Origin: Promethearchaeia archaeon
GTDB lineage: Archaea > Asgardarchaeota > Lokiarchaeia > Sigyniarchaeales > SOKP01
Direction: 5' to 3'
NCBI GenBank assembly: GCA_046497275.1
Contig: JAWOFX010000081.1
Location: forward strand, 1 to 17,311
Length of the DNA stretch: 17,311 nucleotides
Below the pieces are notes generated by a model. That model was not told the origin of the DNA, did no database searches, and saw only the letters and a program-made list of their open reading frames with translations. A program made the translations under genes and the position numbers. Shown in pieces: positions 16,098 to 17,311 of the stretch (position 1 is its first letter; every line of letters begins with the position of its first letter).

Positions 16098-16586
16098 TTA
16101 AGTATACATTAATAAATCATAAAATATGAGATAGTTATATTAGTTATATTTTTGGAAGTGGTATTTTAATTTACAAATAAATGTCAATTTTTGAATGGAT
16201 TGGATTGAGTTATATAATGATTTGGATCAACTTTAATGCATTATATATCTTCTTAAAGAAATATTGATATGAAGTGTTAAATTAATCTATCAAATTTAAG
16301 ATAATAATTTTTTAAAATCTTTCTGACAACAAGCTTGATAGTTTCAATGAAATTGAAATTATCTTTTTTTTATTTCTATCAAATCCTTAAATGAATAGGG
16401 GGAATAAATTTTTAAAAATTTGAAATTTGCTTCAATTCTTTAAAAAAAAGTAAACTTTGAGATCTTATTATGATAAGATATTAAACTAACTAATTTTAAT
16501 CTAAAATCCCTCATTCTTTTTTTGAATCATAAGTATTTATAAATTTAGAGATTGATTATTGATTATAAAAATTATATGTGATATTT

Positions 16587-17311
16587 TTGACTCAAAATAG
16601 TAATATAAATGATTACACTGAGTTTGATAAAACTCAACTTTATGAGGATCTTCGAGTGTTTTTAAGCCCTGAAAATAGTTTAAAGCTGCCAAAAAGTGAA
16701 ACCACATCGAAACTATTAACTAACATGTATACACCTACTGAAGCTTTTATTATCGTGAAAGGATTTAAAAAGCCTTTAGGACCAACATTAGGTTGGAGGA
16801 TTAGGAGAAAAACAAAAATTCCTAAAGAGAAATTAAAAGAAATTTTGGACGATATGATTTATAAGGGAAAACTGATTAAAAAGGGGCCATTTTATGTTAT
16901 TTTCCCCTATATACCTGGAGGATTTGAATTTTATTTTACAACAAATAGAGATGATCCCGAAAGAATGAAAAAAGCCGCAGAAGCTCATGATGCATTATTT
17001 TATGAAGGGTATCCCTTAGGTTTGAGCAAATTGGAGCCAACTGTATATAGAGTTATTCCAACCATAGAACCTACCAAGAGAACTTATGAAATTAATAAAT
17101 CTATGGAAATACAACATGAGATCCTTACTTATGAGCTCATGGAAGATTATTTGGCGGAAAAAGATGTATTTGCTGTCGTACCTTGTAGTTGTAGAACTGC
17201 TGCAGCTTTAGCGGGGAATCCATGTAAGAGAACTGACGAAAACTTTTGTATAACTGCAGGAGCTTTAGCTGAGAATGCTATTGAATCTGGGGTTGGAAGA
17301 GAAGTCTCATT
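16587..17311 (+). CDS. Fe-S ('4Fe-4S binding protein')-family protein, N-terminal part, truncated by the window edge
   Basis: Not in the ORF track because it has no stop in the window. Open frame from TTG 16587 (or GTG 16578): ...LYEDLRVFL...YTPTEAFII...LDDMIYKG...PYIPGGFEFYF...YRVIP...VPCSCR...GNPCKRTDENFCI...GVGREVS. This layout usually precedes a C-terminal ferredoxin domain, which is not visible here. Confidence 0.75.
   Translation, partial: MTQNSNINDYTEFDKTQLYEDLRVFLSPENSLKLPKSETTSKLLTNMYTPTEAFIIVKGFKKPLGPTLGWRIRRKTKIPKEKLKEILDDMIYKGKLIKKGPFYVIFPYIPGGFEFYFTTNRDDPERMKKAAEAHDALFYEGYPLGLSKLEPTVYRVIPTIEPTKRTYEINKSMEIQHEILTYELMEDYLAEKDVFAVVPCSCRTAAALAGNPCKRTDENFCITAGALAENAIESGVGREVS

Noticed and set aside
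16132-16149. TAGTTATAT tandem duplication
   Set aside because: Two copies of an AT-rich 9-mer, plausible by slippage or chance.
16619-16636. Hairpin TGAGTTT-GATA-AAACTCA
   Set aside because: Weak 7-bp stem inside a coding region.

Overview
AT-rich window (roughly 30% GC by eye) that looks archaeal, most likely Asgard/Lokiarchaeia; this is inferred from gene content, GGAGGT/GAGGTGA ribosome-binding sites and protein style. The left half holds a stand-alone Lrp/AsnC effector domain cut by the window edge, two zinc-finger proteins, a polytopic membrane protein, a heterodimeric ABC exporter pair and a sequon-rich surface protein with an internal duplication. The right half is a nitrogen-assimilation island. 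It contains glnA divergent from an Lrp/AsnC regulator, a probable decayed gene remnant, and a tight four-gene minus-strand operon: an HdrB-HdrC fusion followed by the three split archaeal-type glutamate synthase subunits (GATase, ferredoxin+FMN, GXGXG). No GltD/NAD(P)H or F420 subunit is present, so the best candidate for a new system is a GOGAT whose electron-input module is a heterodisulfide-reductase-like HdrBC protein. That gene appears to need a non-canonical ATT start to include its first CCG cysteine. A divergent Fe-S-family gene runs off the right edge. I saw no rRNA, tRNA, CRISPR array or transposase.
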